Origin: Tricharina praecox
Lineage: Eukaryota
Direction of reading: 5' to 3'
Assembly (NCBI RefSeq): GCF_024521635.1
Contig: NW_026250404.1
Span: forward strand, 1,674,001 to 1,738,000
DNA: 64,000 nucleotides
Shown here: one piece after another, positions 62,884 through 64,000 of the stretch
Layout: the number at the start of each line of letters is the position of its first letter
Numbering within the stretch: the first letter of the stretch is position 1
Made by a program: the position numbers and the translations under genes
Notes under the pieces: generated by a model
Told to the model about the DNA's origin: nothing
The model's input: only the letters and a program-made list of their open reading frames with translations
The model's database searches: none

Positions 62884-64000
62884 CTACTACTTACTTGTGT
62901 ATTCTGAACTCTGGTGTATTCTTTATTAGCGGGAGGGGGCTGTTGTTATTATTATTATTACTATTTTGGTTTGGTTTGGTTTGGTCTTGGTTTTTGGTTT
63001 TTGTTGTCCCGTACTTAGCGGGAGTTATGCTGGTTGTTTTGTTTGTGCTGTATATACTTTTATTGGGCGACTTTGTTTTTCATTCATTTTCATTTTTTTT
63101 TTCGCGGAACTTCCGAAGGGGAGCATGGAGGAGGAATCGGTCCAGCGGAGAAAACCGACATGGAAGGGATGGATGGATGGAAGGAAGGATGAGGAGGCGG
63201 ACTACCGGTATTAAAGTCTGTTCATAGATGGCATGGAAAGAATACCATATCCCCCCCGGGCCCCAGGGGCCAGCTTTGGAAACCAAACTTCCGCCTCACT
63301 CACTCGAAACGTGTGCAAGCCACCAACTGAACCGTGTTCCACGTGCTTTTGGTTGGGAGGGGGGGCTTTCCAACGGGCCTTCTCGTGGTGTTTCGTTCGA
63401 GACTCTGAGTCCTGACCACTCGGAAACGATGCCTTGAAGTCTGAACCGTCACGACCGTTGCCATCGCCCAAATCTCGATCCGGAGGCATTATGAGGTCAT
63501 GGACTCATGATAGGGAATGGGGGGAGAAGCGCGGTCGAGCTGCGAGCACGGACGATGCACGTTGCATTGCAGTGCACACTTCCACAGTCCACGGTCCACC
63601 TACCATCCATGATCCGGATTCCAAATTCCAGATTCTAGGGTCCCCCTTACTCCCCTTACCGGCACTCCCCTCCCCCCCCCCCCTCCTCCCTCCCCCCCCC
63701 ATCCCCGCCCTCCTCCTCTCCCTTGCATGTCTACTCCACTCAACAGCCCCATCCATCGGCCCCATCGGCCCCAGAACTTCCCGACACCGACACCGTCACT
63801 CACTCCAACATCCCTCATCCCACCCATCACCCGACCATATATAGACCACAGACCAGTAACCACAGTGGTAGTGGATCATGGATGATGGATCATGAAATCT
63901 CACCACTCGACTTGCCTTGACTTGTGCTTGGGCGGGGCGCTAGTAGCCCCGAGTGCACTTTAGACGAGGCGGGCGGGCGGCTGGTGATCTACGGACCACC

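Overview
Eukaryotic DNA from a filamentous ascomycete: short GT-AG introns with CTRAY branch sites, and microsatellite-rich intergenic DNA. Pezizomycotina is likely; finer taxonomy cannot be set from sequence alone. The core is an intact nitrate-assimilation cluster: transporter nrtA/crnA (-), nitrate reductase niaD (+) and nitrite reductase niiA (+), with NirA-type CTCCGCGG and GATA motifs in both promoters. Flanking genes encode an OST-alpha/TMEM184 transporter (with a GC-AG intron), a C2-domain protein, two fungal-specific membrane proteins, EMP24, a CBM18-CE4 chitin deacetylase and a divergent RfeG-like protein. Mobile DNA comprises three solo LTRs of one family (two head-to-head around one 5-bp target site) and an internally deleted Mutator-like element with a 9-bp TSD. 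A ~22 kb gene-poor stretch (40.1-61.9 kb) holds a ~6 kb orphan island. It contains a truncated gene end, a ~728-codon spliced Cys-rich gene broken only by five transition-type stop codons, a 256-bp tandem repeat, and an intact RGG/CCCH zinc-finger gene. All exon boundaries and family assignments were made by eye and need confirmation by RNA-seq and HMM searches.
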